Program-made: the position numbers and the translations under genes
Assembly: GCA_028865095.1 (NCBI GenBank)
Contig: JAGWLA010000002.1
Coordinates: 49,319 to 113,318, forward strand
Direction of reading: 5' to 3'
Origin: Patescibacteria group bacterium
GTDB taxonomy: Bacteria; Patescibacteriota; Minisyncoccia; Phycocordibacterales; PALSA-1337
DNA length: 64,000 nucleotides
The notes under the pieces: model-generated
Seen by the model: the letters and a program-made list of their open reading frames with translations, nothing else
Database searches by the model: none
What the model was told of the DNA's origin: nothing
Shown here: piece after piece, positions 37,864 to 46,655 of the stretch
Layout of the letters: the number at the start of each line of letters is the position of its first letter
How positions within the stretch are numbered: position 1 is the first letter of the stretch

Positions 37864-38910
37864 ATGCGCAGGAAGAGGAATCTAGAGAAAGCCTATACGC
37901 GGGAGCACTCGCTCTTCTATTGCATGGCCTGGAGCGAATCCGACAGGTTCTCGAAGGGGTGGGGAGACGCCGGTTCGCTGTCATTGTTCATCGGGGAAGG
38001 CGCATCGAAGAAGATATCGGTGTGGTATGACCAGCGGGAGCTCGACGAGTATTACGAAGCTTTTGCCAAGAGGTTCCGGGACGAGCCGGGCCGCTTCTCT
38101 TCGATGAGAGAAGATTTCCGCGCCTATTGGGCCGAATGGCTCGATCTCATCCGTGGCACGAAGAGGATCGAGACCGTGGACGATCTCGAGCATATGTATC
38201 ATCTGTATATAAGATGGTGGACGATCACCTCAGATTTCTATTGCGTGCCCGAATTGCCTGGCGCGCCGGCTTCTTCGAAGAGAGACGCGATGAAGATACG
38301 GGAAGAGACCCAGGAATATACGGAATTCGGGGACGACGCCTTCCGTTCCTTCATCGCCTCCAAGTTCCCGGAATATTCCCGGCTGGCGTACGTCATGGCC
38401 CCGCAAGAGGCTTTCTTGCTCAAATACAGGAGATTGCGTCCGCGGGAAGTGTCCGAGATCGAGAGCAGGCTCGGCGGCTATGCGATCATCGACAGCCAGA
38501 TCTATCCCAAAGCCGGCCTGAAGCGGCTGGCGCGCGAATATGATTTCGAGCTGAAGCCTGTCACGGCGGCCCGGAAAGGCGCGATCAAAGGCAGTCCGGC
38601 GTCCAAAGGCCGCGCGACCGGCAGGGTAAGGCTGCTCCTCTTCAAGGACCAGCTCCCGCGGTTCAAGGAAGGGGAAGTCCTCGTGACCGAGATGACCTCC
38701 CCCGACTTCGTCCCGGCCATGAAGAAGGCGGCGGCCATCGTCACCGACGAAGGCGGGATAACCTGTCATGCCGCCATCGCTTCCCGCGAGCTCGGCAAGC
38801 CCTGCGTCATCGGCACAAAAACGGCTACGCAGATCCTGAAGGACGGCGACCTGGTCGAAGTGGATGCGGATGGGGGAGTGGTGAGGGTCATGAGCTGGAC
38901 GAGTCTTTAG
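37864..38910 (+). CDS. paralogous phosphotransferase subunit (unknown N-terminal domain plus PEP-utilising His swivel domain)
   Basis: Same architecture and colinear motifs as 36807-37835 (REHSLFYCMAWSESD, WYDQRELDEYY, VTEMTSPDFVPAMKKAAAIVTDEGGITCHAAIASRELGKPCVIG) but high GC. Confidence 0.65.
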   Translation: MRRKRNLEKAYTREHSLFYCMAWSESDRFSKGWGDAGSLSLFIGEGASKKISVWYDQRELDEYYEAFAKRFRDEPGRFSSMREDFRAYWAEWLDLIRGTKRIETVDDLEHMYHLYIRWWTITSDFYCVPELPGAPASSKRDAMKIREETQEYTEFGDDAFRSFIASKFPEYSRLAYVMAPQEAFLLKYRRLRPREVSEIESRLGGYAIIDSQIYPKAGLKRLAREYDFELKPVTAARKGAIKGSPASKGRATGRVRLLLFKDQLPRFKEGEVLVTEMTSPDFVPAMKKAAAIVTDEGGITCHAAIASRELGKPCVIGTKTATQILKDGDLVEVDADGGVVRVMSWTSL

Positions 38911-38975
38911 GGGCCCTATAGACAGAAAAGCCGCCGACGTGTGCGTCAGCGGCTCGTGATTTTTCGGTCGATCCA

Positions 38976-39746
38976 TCAGTTCGATTGGCGCTCGAGCCAC
39001 ACGACCTCTTCGGGCGTGAGGGCTCGGGAGCACCCGTACGGCACCGGGTTCTGCAGGCGGTGCAGGCATTTGTTGACCCAACTTTGAGGGTCGATGGCCT
39101 TGAAGCCCATGGGATCGTCTTCCGCGGCGCGGAATGCCGGTCCGAGGCCTTTCTTGCGGTCGTGCTTCTTCACGAAGCCGAACCAGCAAGCGGCTTCGAA
39201 CAGCGAGCGTGCCTCTTCCCGGGCCATATATGCCCCCTCATAGAGCTCTCCTTTTTCGAGAAGGAGAGTCATGCGCGCCAGGTCCTCTATGAGCCAGAGG
39301 AATAGGCGCTTCAGGCCTGCCTCGTCGGCGGGGAACTGCCCTTTCGTCATGGGGTGCGATAACAGCAGGCGATACATCGCTCCCTGGAAACGCCCGATGA
39401 ACCGGTCGTAGAGACGACCGAGCGATCCGATGGCGATAAAACAAGCTATCGCATCGAGACCTCCCAGTACCGAATCCACCCGCTCCTCCGTCGGGGAAGA
39501 GACTTTTCCTGTGAGCGCTGCGACCAGGCTCATGATGCCTAACAGCATCATTGCGAGGAGGCCTACCCGGATGTCCCCGAGGGAGCCCCTCTTCTCGAGC
39601 CATTTATGCCCCCACACCGGGTCGAACCAGTTTGCTTTCTTCCAGGCGTCGCGGACATAGCGAGGAAACACCCCCGCCTCCGCCAGCTTGAACATGTCAG
39701 ATTCGCCGCCGTGAGGGCCGATAGGCCCGCTTTCGTTCGTTTTCAT
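38976..39746 (-). CDS. hypothetical membrane-associated protein
   Basis: 256-aa ORF with one or two hydrophobic segments (VGLLAMMLLGIMSLVAALTG, VLGGLDAIACFIAIGSL). No recognisable family. Confidence 0.35.
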   Translation of the reverse strand: MKTNESGPIGPHGGESDMFKLAEAGVFPRYVRDAWKKANWFDPVWGHKWLEKRGSLGDIRVGLLAMMLLGIMSLVAALTGKVSSPTEERVDSVLGGLDAIACFIAIGSLGRLYDRFIGRFQGAMYRLLLSHPMTKGQFPADEAGLKRLFLWLIEDLARMTLLLEKGELYEGAYMAREEARSLFEAACWFGFVKKHDRKKGLGPAFRAAEDDPMGFKAIDPQSWVNKCLHRLQNPVPYGCSRALTPEEVVWLERQSN

Positions 39747-39939
39747 TTTTTACTCTCTTTCAATGTGCTTTGTTTGTAGCAGAGGTAAGGGATCTTCCGA
39801 TCCGCCGTTCCGGGATTCCAGCCCCGGAGGGCTTTGTGCTTGTCTGCGAATCGAATGCACTCTCCGATTCCTCCATATTATAACACTTTAAGCATTCAAC
39901 GTCAAATAGCGCCAGGATGGCCCAGGATGGTGCTATACT

Positions 39940-40119
39940 ATGGCCATGATCAAAGTCATCAATCACGGCGCTTTGGGCGGGGGATTGTGGTTCGGCGGGT
40001 GGCTCTTCACGCTGGGCTACTTGCACCTCTCGTTCTGGAGCGGCGTACTGGCCATCGTCATATGGCCGTACGACATAGGCGTCCATGTGAGCGCTTTGGC
40101 GGCCGGGGCGCTCTAGCCG
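39940..40119 (+). CDS. possible 59-aa two-TM small protein (not in the supplied ORF track)
   Basis: ATGGCCATGATCAAAGTC... translates to MAMIKVINHGALGGGLWFGGWLFTLGYLHLSFWSGVLAIVIWPYDIGVHVSALAAGAL. Immediately preceded by TGCTATACT, suggesting a leaderless transcript. Confidence 0.25.
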
Positions 40120-40131
40120 GGCGCAGCGGCT

Positions 40132-41673
40132 TTAAGCGAAGCCCGGGAAGAAGTCGGTCTTGATGCGCCGGCGCGGCACCCCCATGTCCGTCAAGAGATG
40201 CTCGCAGGACGTGACGAAGGATTGGGGCCCCGATATGTAGAAGATGCGCTCGCGGTAGTCGGGGATCTCTTCCTCGATGGTCTCCGGGCCGATATAGCCC
40301 GTGCGGCCCCTCCAGCCCGCCGGGACGCGGGCGGCGTCGGTCAGGGTGCAGACGGTCTTCATGCCGAGCTTCTCGTATGCTTCTTCGAGGACGTCGGCGT
40401 AAGCGATCTCTTCCATGCGCTTGTTGGAATAGACGAGGACCATGTCGCGCTTCTCGCCCGCGTCGAGGGCGTGCTTGATCATGCTCCGGAAGGGCGTGAT
40501 GCCGATGCCGCCGGCCAGGAAGGCCACTTTGGCGCGGCGGTCGCGGGGAAGGGTGAAGTCGCCCGCCAGCTGGCCCGCCATGATGGTGGCGCCGTCGTCG
40601 AGCTCGGCCAGGGCTTTCTTGAAGGAGCTGGGCTTGTCGTAGAATTTTATGCCCAGGAGCAGGTGCTTCTCGGTGGGCGAGTTGGCGAGGGTGAAATAGC
40701 GCCGGTTGCCGCGGCTGTCGGCTTTGCGGTGGGCCAGGGTCCATTCCATGTACTGGCCGGGCTTGAACGAGACCGGGCGGTCGGCTTCGAAGGCGAATTC
40801 GCCCGTGTCGGCGGCGGCTTTCTCGGCTTTGACCAGGCGCAGGACGTACTTGCCTTTGGGGCTCAAGGCGTATGAAAGGAGGTTGCCGATGCAGAGGGCC
40901 AGCTCGGGGGTCGAATAGATCGCGCCGATATGCACCGCCGGCGCATAGAGGGCGCCCACGAAAGCGCCGTAAGCGATGCGGCGGGCGCGGGTCGGCGGCG
41001 TGGTGAGGGGCTCCGTCAGCATGACGGTCGCGAAGAAGACGAACGGCGAGTCGATGAAGACCTCTTTGAGGGCGCCGGACAGGCCCATGCCGGAGACGGC
41101 CGTGAAGAGGATGGCGGCCAGGGCGATGGCGGCGAAGGATATGACGAGGTCGAAGCGGTGGATCTTCCTGACGATGAGCAGGCCTCCGATGGCCACGAAC
41201 GGCAGCATGAAGAGGGTGCCGACCCACCAGCTGGCGGAAGCTCCGATGAAGAGGCCGGTGAGGGCGACGGCGATGGCGGCGGGATTGAAAAGGTGCTTCT
41301 TGCCGATGGCCAGGATGAACTTGGAGGACATGGCCAGGATCGGCGCCCAGACGAGCAGGGGGAGGTCGGAGAGGTATTCCGATGCGGCGTGCGGCGGGCT
41401 GATGATGAGGGCCAGGATGAGGGCGGTGATATAGACGGATTCGACGTTCTCGTGCGTCTCGAAGACGACGGCGAAGAGCCTGTTCGCGAGCCAGGACAGC
41501 GCCAGGATGACGGCGGTGGAATAGAGGAGGGCCAGGGGCGAGAACGGCATGCGCCCGCCGGCGGCCAGGAGGGCCGCGATGGCCAGCCAGCCGATCAGGC
41601 AGTACATGACCAGCTTGTACATGGTCACTCTGTTCAGGACGCGGTCGATGGGGTCTATGAAGGCGCGGATCAT
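40132..41673 (-). CDS. polytopic membrane domain fused to FNR-like FAD/NAD(P)-binding oxidoreductase domain (transmembrane NAD(P)H-dependent reductase)
   Basis: N-terminal about 230 aa with 6-8 TM helices including an HLFNPAAIAVAL segment reminiscent of RnfD/NqrB-type proteins. C-terminal FAD_binding_6 (RRYFTLANSP, RxYS-type) and NAD_binding_1 (GGIGITPFRSM, YISGPQSF) domains. Confidence 0.6.
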   Translation of the reverse strand: MIRAFIDPIDRVLNRVTMYKLVMYCLIGWLAIAALLAAGGRMPFSPLALLYSTAVILALSWLANRLFAVVFETHENVESVYITALILALIISPPHAASEYLSDLPLLVWAPILAMSSKFILAIGKKHLFNPAAIAVALTGLFIGASASWWVGTLFMLPFVAIGGLLIVRKIHRFDLVISFAAIALAAILFTAVSGMGLSGALKEVFIDSPFVFFATVMLTEPLTTPPTRARRIAYGAFVGALYAPAVHIGAIYSTPELALCIGNLLSYALSPKGKYVLRLVKAEKAAADTGEFAFEADRPVSFKPGQYMEWTLAHRKADSRGNRRYFTLANSPTEKHLLLGIKFYDKPSSFKKALAELDDGATIMAGQLAGDFTLPRDRRAKVAFLAGGIGITPFRSMIKHALDAGEKRDMVLVYSNKRMEEIAYADVLEEAYEKLGMKTVCTLTDAARVPAGWRGRTGYIGPETIEEEIPDYRERIFYISGPQSFVTSCEHLLTDMGVPRRRIKTDFFPGFA

Positions 41674-42425
41674 GATGTATAGCGGAAGAAGCCGGCGGTC
41701 ATGGCGGCGATGCCGTCCGAGCCGATCTGGTAGCCTTCCAGGCCCGGCAGGCCGCCTATGAAGGATATGCCGTCGGCTCCCATGGCGAAGGCCGCGGTGG
41801 CGAAGCGGTCGGCGTCATATATGTCGGGGCCGACGACGGTCAGGCTGGCGACGTCCGTCAAAGGCCTGTCCTTGTCGAGCGGGTCGTATATGTGCTGGCC
41901 GCGGACGTAGGTGCCGGAGGTGGCGATGGCGGCGCCGGAAAGGCGGACGGTCTTGACGATCGCGCTCTGGTCGAACGGGCTGCGGATGCCGATCTCCCAC
42001 GGCTCGCCGCGCTCGTTCGTGCCGGACGCCTGGATGTCGCCGCCGGCGTCGACGAGGGAATCCGGGAACCCGGCGTCGGAGATCATCCGGGCGGCGCGGG
42101 CGATGGCCCAGCCTTTGACGAGGCCGGACGGGTCGAAGGAGCCCGAGCGGTCGACGATGTCGAAGCGCCCGCCCGTCTCCCGCTTGGTGCGCTCGGCTTC
42201 GGCCATGACCTCCTTCATGTCGGCGCTCCACTCCGCTTCAAGGATCTCCCCGCGGTTGATGCGGCTGATCTCGCTGCCGTCCTTGTAGGTGCTGAAGCGC
42301 TCGTCGACGGAGACGAAATAGGCGAACGCCGCTTCTGCGGCCGCGACGGCCGCCGCGCGCTTCCCGGCGGGCGCGACGATGCGGATGGTGACGGGCATTC
42401 CCATGATGATGCGGGTCTCATTCAT
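41670..42425 (-). CDS. apbE: FAD:protein FMN transferase (ApbE family)
   Basis: ApbE motifs MGMPVTIRI, FDPSGLVKGWA, DAGGDIQASG, AIATSGTY. Stop and start overlap the flanking genes, forming an operon. Confidence 0.75.
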   Translation of the reverse strand: MNETRIIMGMPVTIRIVAPAGKRAAAVAAAEAAFAYFVSVDERFSTYKDGSEISRINRGEILEAEWSADMKEVMAEAERTKRETGGRFDIVDRSGSFDPSGLVKGWAIARAARMISDAGFPDSLVDAGGDIQASGTNERGEPWEIGIRSPFDQSAIVKTVRLSGAAIATSGTYVRGQHIYDPLDKDRPLTDVASLTVVGPDIYDADRFATAAFAMGADGISFIGGLPGLEGYQIGSDGIAAMTAGFFRYTS

Positions 42426-42426
42426 G

Positions 42427-43008
42427 TCAGTTGGCGGCCTTGGACAGGGCGGAGGCCAAGGACTGGACGAAAGCCTGGCTCGTCTGGGTGGCGCCGGAGA
42501 CGGCGTCGACGTGGGCGCTCTGGGCTGTGACGGCTTCGCGGACGAGGGTCGGCAAGGAAGTCTGGCTGATGTACTTCGACGTGCCGCGGTCGCCCGGAGA
42601 CTGCAGGATCGATACGTCGGCGAGCGCGCCGCCCTTGATGACGGCCGCCACTTGGACGTTGCCGAAATAGGCGTCGGCGACCGTGCCGTCGTATGTGCCG
42701 TCTTTGAACGCGCCGCTCGAAGCGGCGGCAGGGGCCGGCGCAGGAGCCGGGGCCCGCGAGGGCGCGGGCGCAGGAGAGGGCTTCGCGGCCGCCGGCGCGG
42801 CCTTCGCGGGCGGAACGGCCGCTCTCGAGGGCGTCGACCCAGAGGACGGCCCTGAAGAGGCGGCAGGCGCCTTCGACGGAGGGATCGTCGCTACGGCGAT
42901 CGGCGCTCCGGACGGCGCGGCGCCTTCGGCTGAGCTCCCGAGGAATGCATATGCGGCGAATGCGACGACCACGGCTGCCGATAGGGCGAATCTTTTCATG
43001 TCTGGCAT
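42427..43008 (-). CDS. extracytoplasmic FMN-binding domain protein (flavinylation target, SGAT motif)
   Basis: Signal anchor (MKRFALSAAVVVAFAAYAFLG), Pro/Ala/Ser-rich linker, FMN_bind domain (DGTYDGTVADAYFGNVQVAAVIKGG...SILQSP) with the flavinylation motif DAVSGATQTS. Confidence 0.7.
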   Translation of the reverse strand: MPDMKRFALSAAVVVAFAAYAFLGSSAEGAAPSGAPIAVATIPPSKAPAASSGPSSGSTPSRAAVPPAKAAPAAAKPSPAPAPSRAPAPAPAPAAASSGAFKDGTYDGTVADAYFGNVQVAAVIKGGALADVSILQSPGDRGTSKYISQTSLPTLVREAVTAQSAHVDAVSGATQTSQAFVQSLASALSKAAN

Positions 43009-43103
43009 ATACGAGGGGCTCTCGGCTTCTGGTGCATCGCTCCGGTCTGGTATACTGTCCGGCGTCGGAAGGGGCCGCGCGGTCTGCCGTATAACGCGCG
43101 TAT

Positions 43104-43637
43104 ATGAAGAAAGCTCTCATGCTGGCCGCGTCGGGCGGCCTGTTCGTGGCGCTCGCTGCTGCCTGCTGGCTCTGGCTGGCATATGGCAGATCGGCTGCGG
43201 AACGCGAAGTCCCGATAGATCCGGATGCGGATTATCGGGTCTCGCGGGTCGTCGACGGCGACACCTTCAAGGCGGAGGTCGAAGGCCGCGAGATCACGGT
43301 GCGCCTGCTCGGCGTCAACACCCCGGAGACCGTCGACCCTCGCAAAGCGGTGGAGTGCTATGGCCCCGAAGCGTCTGCGGAGACGAAGGCGCTCTTGAGC
43401 GGCCGCTCCGTCCGGCTGGCATTCAGCCCGGAGAAGGAGCACCGCGACAGATACGGGAGGTATCTCCTGTATGCCTACCGAGACGACGGCCTCCTGATCA
43501 ACCGGTCGCTCATCGAAGAAGGATATGCCAGGGAATACACGGTCGGGAAGGCGTATTCGCTGCACGCGGCGTTCAGGGACGCAGAAGCGGCGGCCAAAGC
43601 CGCCGGCAAGGGATTGTGGGGCGCGTGCGAGAAGTAG
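43104..43637 (+). CDS. thermonuclease (staphylococcal-nuclease-like, SNase) family, membrane-anchored or secreted
   Basis: Signal anchor, then SNase motifs VVDGDTF, VRLLGVNTPE, DRYGRYLLYAY, GYAREY. Confidence 0.75.
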   Translation: MKKALMLAASGGLFVALAAACWLWLAYGRSAAEREVPIDPDADYRVSRVVDGDTFKAEVEGREITVRLLGVNTPETVDPRKAVECYGPEASAETKALLSGRSVRLAFSPEKEHRDRYGRYLLYAYRDDGLLINRSLIEEGYAREYTVGKAYSLHAAFRDAEAAAKAAGKGLWGACEK

Positions 43638-43684
43638 CAGGGAGGGGAGCAGGAAGGCGGGACTTGCTGCTCCCCTCCCCGACC

Positions 43685-44608
43685 TTACTTCTTGTTGTGC
43701 AGCCAGATATAGATGTCCTCGATGGCCTTCACCGCGTCTCCTGCGGCGATGTTGTTCTGGTGATAGAGGCCGTCGGTGACGTCTCCTGCCGCCCATATGC
43801 CCTCTACGGAAGCCCGCTGATTGCGAGGGTCGGCGACGATATGGCCGAACGCATCAGTCGCCGCGATGCCTTTGGCGAAGCCGCTATTGGGGACCGAGCC
43901 GACCTCCGCGAATATGCCGGTGACGGGGATCTCCGTGTCCGTGCTGCTCTTCGTCTCGGTATAGACGAGGGAGGAGACGAACTTGCCCCCCTTGATCTCC
44001 TTGGGGACCGCGAATTCGATGGCCTTCATCTTAGGGTCTTTGAGGGCGGCTTGGACCGTGCCCGGATCGGCTTTGAACCCGCTGCGCGACAGGAGAGTGA
44101 CGCTCGTGCAATAGGCGAGGAGCTGGGCCGCGGCTTCGAAGCCGGCGTTGCCGCCTCCGATCACGGCCACGGCCTGGCCTTTGTAGAGAGGGCCGTCGCA
44201 GGTGGCGCAGTAGGTGACCCCTTTGTTCTCGTACTCGGCCGCACCGGGCACCTCCAGCTTGCGGCGGCTTGAGCCGCTGGCGATGAGGACGGCGCGCGCC
44301 TCATACGAGCCTTTGTCGGTCGCGACCGCGAACCCGTCGCCGCTCTTGGACAGGGCAGCGCAGGCTTCGCCATCCTTGAAATCGATGACGCCGGCCCCGT
44401 ACGCCTTGGCGTGCTTCTCGAGGGCCTGCGACAGCTCCAGGCCGGAAAGGGCGACCGTCCCGACCCAGTTCTCGATCTTCTCCGAGACGTTGGACTGGCC
44501 GAGCCAGTCCTTGGCGATGACGACGGTGCGGATCTGCTTGCGGGCGGCATAGACCGCGGCCGCCGCTCCGGCAGGCCCGCCTCCGATGATTGCTAGATCG
44601 TAAGTCAT
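43685..44608 (-). CDS. trxB: thioredoxin-disulfide reductase
   Basis: FAD motif IIGGGPAGAAAAVYAAR, redox-active CATCDG, NADPH motif VIGGGNAGFEAA, C-terminal GDVTDG. Confidence 0.85.
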   Translation of the reverse strand: MTYDLAIIGGGPAGAAAAVYAARKQIRTVVIAKDWLGQSNVSEKIENWVGTVALSGLELSQALEKHAKAYGAGVIDFKDGEACAALSKSGDGFAVATDKGSYEARAVLIASGSSRRKLEVPGAAEYENKGVTYCATCDGPLYKGQAVAVIGGGNAGFEAAAQLLAYCTSVTLLSRSGFKADPGTVQAALKDPKMKAIEFAVPKEIKGGKFVSSLVYTETKSSTDTEIPVTGIFAEVGSVPNSGFAKGIAATDAFGHIVADPRNQRASVEGIWAAGDVTDGLYHQNNIAAGDAVKAIEDIYIWLHNKK

Positions 44609-44730
44609 GTATGTTGGCGTTTACGTCCTTATAAGGATGAGCCTATTATAGCACGCGCCGCCATATACATTCAAATCATTGTTTGAATGTGTGGAGTCCC
44701 GCCGCCGGCCGGCGGGGAGGCGTCCCCGGA

Positions 44731-45993
44731 TTATTTCAGCCGCGAGCGGCGCAGGAATGCCGGTACGGCGCCCCAGTCGTCATCGTCGTCCTTGGCGGCG
44801 TCTTTGGCATCCTTCTTGAGGTCCACCATCTTGGCTGCGACAGCGGCCGCGGGGGCGGCGTCGCGGTCCTTCTTGGCGTCTCCGCCGCCGACCAGAGAAT
44901 TGAATATCTTGCCGCGGTCAGGGCGTTCGGCGCGCTCGGCCCTGTCGGCCGCGGCCTTGAGGATCGACGCGGCGGCGGATTCGCCGTTCGCGGCGGACGC
45001 CCCGGCCGGAGCGCGGTTGGGGATGGCGGCAGGATGGCCTTCGGGGAAGCCTGTGGCGATGACGGTGACCTTGACCTCGTTCTTCTTGAGCTTGTCGTCG
45101 CGGACCGTCCCGAATATGATCTTGGCTTCGGGGTCGATGGACTCGGTGATGACCTTGGCGGCGTCCTGGATCTCGAACATGGTCAAGTCCTCGCCGCCGG
45201 CGATGGAGAAGAGCACGCCCTTGGCGCCGGTGATGGAGACGTCGAGGAGCGGGCTGTTGATGGCGGCTTTGGCCGCTTCGATGGCGCGGTTCTCGCCCGT
45301 GGCCCGGCCGATGCCCATGAGGGCCGATCCGGCGTTCTCCATGACGGTGCGGATGTCGGCGAAGTCGATGTTGATGAGGCCGGGAGTGGTGATGAGGTCG
45401 GCGATCCCTTCGACGGCGTGGCGGAGGATGTCGTCGCACATGGAGAAAGCGCTCTTGACGGTGGTCTCCTTGTCGACGGCCGCGAGCAGACGGTCGTTCG
45501 GGATGACGATGATGGCGTCGACTTCCTTGCGCAGGTCTTCAAGGCCGGCGTCGGCGATGCGGGTGCGCTGGCGGCCTTCGAAGAAGAAAGGCTTGGTGGC
45601 GACGCCGACGGTCAGGCAGCCGAGCTCCTTGGCGATGCGGGCCACGACCGAGCTGGCTCCCGTGAAGGTGCCGCCGCCGAGGCCGCCGGTGACGAAGACC
45701 ATGTCCGCCCCTTTGACGGTCTCCTGGATCTCGTCGCGGGTCTCTTCGGCGGCGCGCTTGCCGAGCTCCGGGTTCATGCCGGTGCCGAGGCCGCGAGTGA
45801 TGTTCTTGCCGATATGGATGCGCTTCTTGGCCAGGGAGCCGTGGAGGTCCTGGGCGTCGGTGTTGACGACCATGAAATCGACGCCCTTGACCTTGCTCGC
45901 GATCATGTGGTTGATGGCGTTCTTTCCGGATCCGCCGATGCCGATGACTTTGATGCGGGCGAATGCTTCGATTTCAGGCTTTATGTTGGGCAT
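44731..45993 (-). CDS. ftsZ: cell-division GTPase FtsZ
   Basis: IKVIGIGGSGKNAINHM, tubulin signature GGGTGTGA-type (TGGLGGGTFTGAS), T7 loop (NIDFADIRTVM). Disordered Ala/Asp-rich C-terminal linker. Confidence 0.9.
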   Translation of the reverse strand: MPNIKPEIEAFARIKVIGIGGSGKNAINHMIASKVKGVDFMVVNTDAQDLHGSLAKKRIHIGKNITRGLGTGMNPELGKRAAEETRDEIQETVKGADMVFVTGGLGGGTFTGASSVVARIAKELGCLTVGVATKPFFFEGRQRTRIADAGLEDLRKEVDAIIVIPNDRLLAAVDKETTVKSAFSMCDDILRHAVEGIADLITTPGLINIDFADIRTVMENAGSALMGIGRATGENRAIEAAKAAINSPLLDVSITGAKGVLFSIAGGEDLTMFEIQDAAKVITESIDPEAKIIFGTVRDDKLKKNEVKVTVIATGFPEGHPAAIPNRAPAGASAANGESAAASILKAAADRAERAERPDRGKIFNSLVGGGDAKKDRDAAPAAAVAAKMVDLKKDAKDAAKDDDDDWGAVPAFLRRSRLK

Positions 45994-46096
45994 GATGGGA
46001 TATTACCGCGGGTAGTTTTGGTACGCTGTATATTAGCAGATGAGACGCGGAGCGCAAGGCCGGCGCGGCCGCGGAGGAGGCGCCCGGGCTCGGCCG

Positions 46097-46645
46097 TCAG
46101 GCGCAGAGGACGGCGATGGCGGCGGCCGTCACGGCGATCTCCGCATAGAAAGTGACCCTGCCGAGGTGGCGGCGGTCGGCGATGTATCTCCAATAGTAGG
46201 TAAGCGACCCTTTCACCCCGTCGATCTGCGCTTCGGGGACTTCGCGCAGGCAGAACCTCTTGTCCGAGAAAGGCCAAAGCCACCGGATGCCGTATTCGAT
46301 GGAATCGAGGATGAAGTGGCTCCAGGTGCCGGCGAGGACGATCCAGCCGATGAATGCGACGAAGCTCGACCCCGCGGCATAGCCGGCCGCGGCGATAACG
46401 AGCGAGACGGCGAGCCAGAACGCCGGCGCATGGGTGATATGGTCGCGGTGGCTGTCCTTCGTGCCGTCCTTGCGGATCACATGGGCGACATAGAAGAAGG
46501 CGAGGTCGATGTCCGGCAGCTCGCCCGCGAGGGTGCCGATGGCCAGGAGCGCGGCCGTCTGGGAAGGCGTGAAGGAAGCGTGCGCTGCGGCGAGCAGGGC
46601 TTTGGCAGCGAGATATCCACCGGCGAGATGTCCTGGGAGCACCAT
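46097..46645 (-). CDS. DUF457/YdjM-like membrane-bound metal-dependent hydrolase
   Basis: Polytopic protein with His-rich motifs (HRDHITHAP, WSHFILD) typical of LexA-regulated YdjM/DUF457. Inserted between ftsA and ftsZ. Confidence 0.45.
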   Translation of the reverse strand: MVLPGHLAGGYLAAKALLAAAHASFTPSQTAALLAIGTLAGELPDIDLAFFYVAHVIRKDGTKDSHRDHITHAPAFWLAVSLVIAAAGYAAGSSFVAFIGWIVLAGTWSHFILDSIEYGIRWLWPFSDKRFCLREVPEAQIDGVKGSLTYYWRYIADRRHLGRVTFYAEIAVTAAAIAVLCA

Positions 46646-46655
46646 GGCTTGGCCG

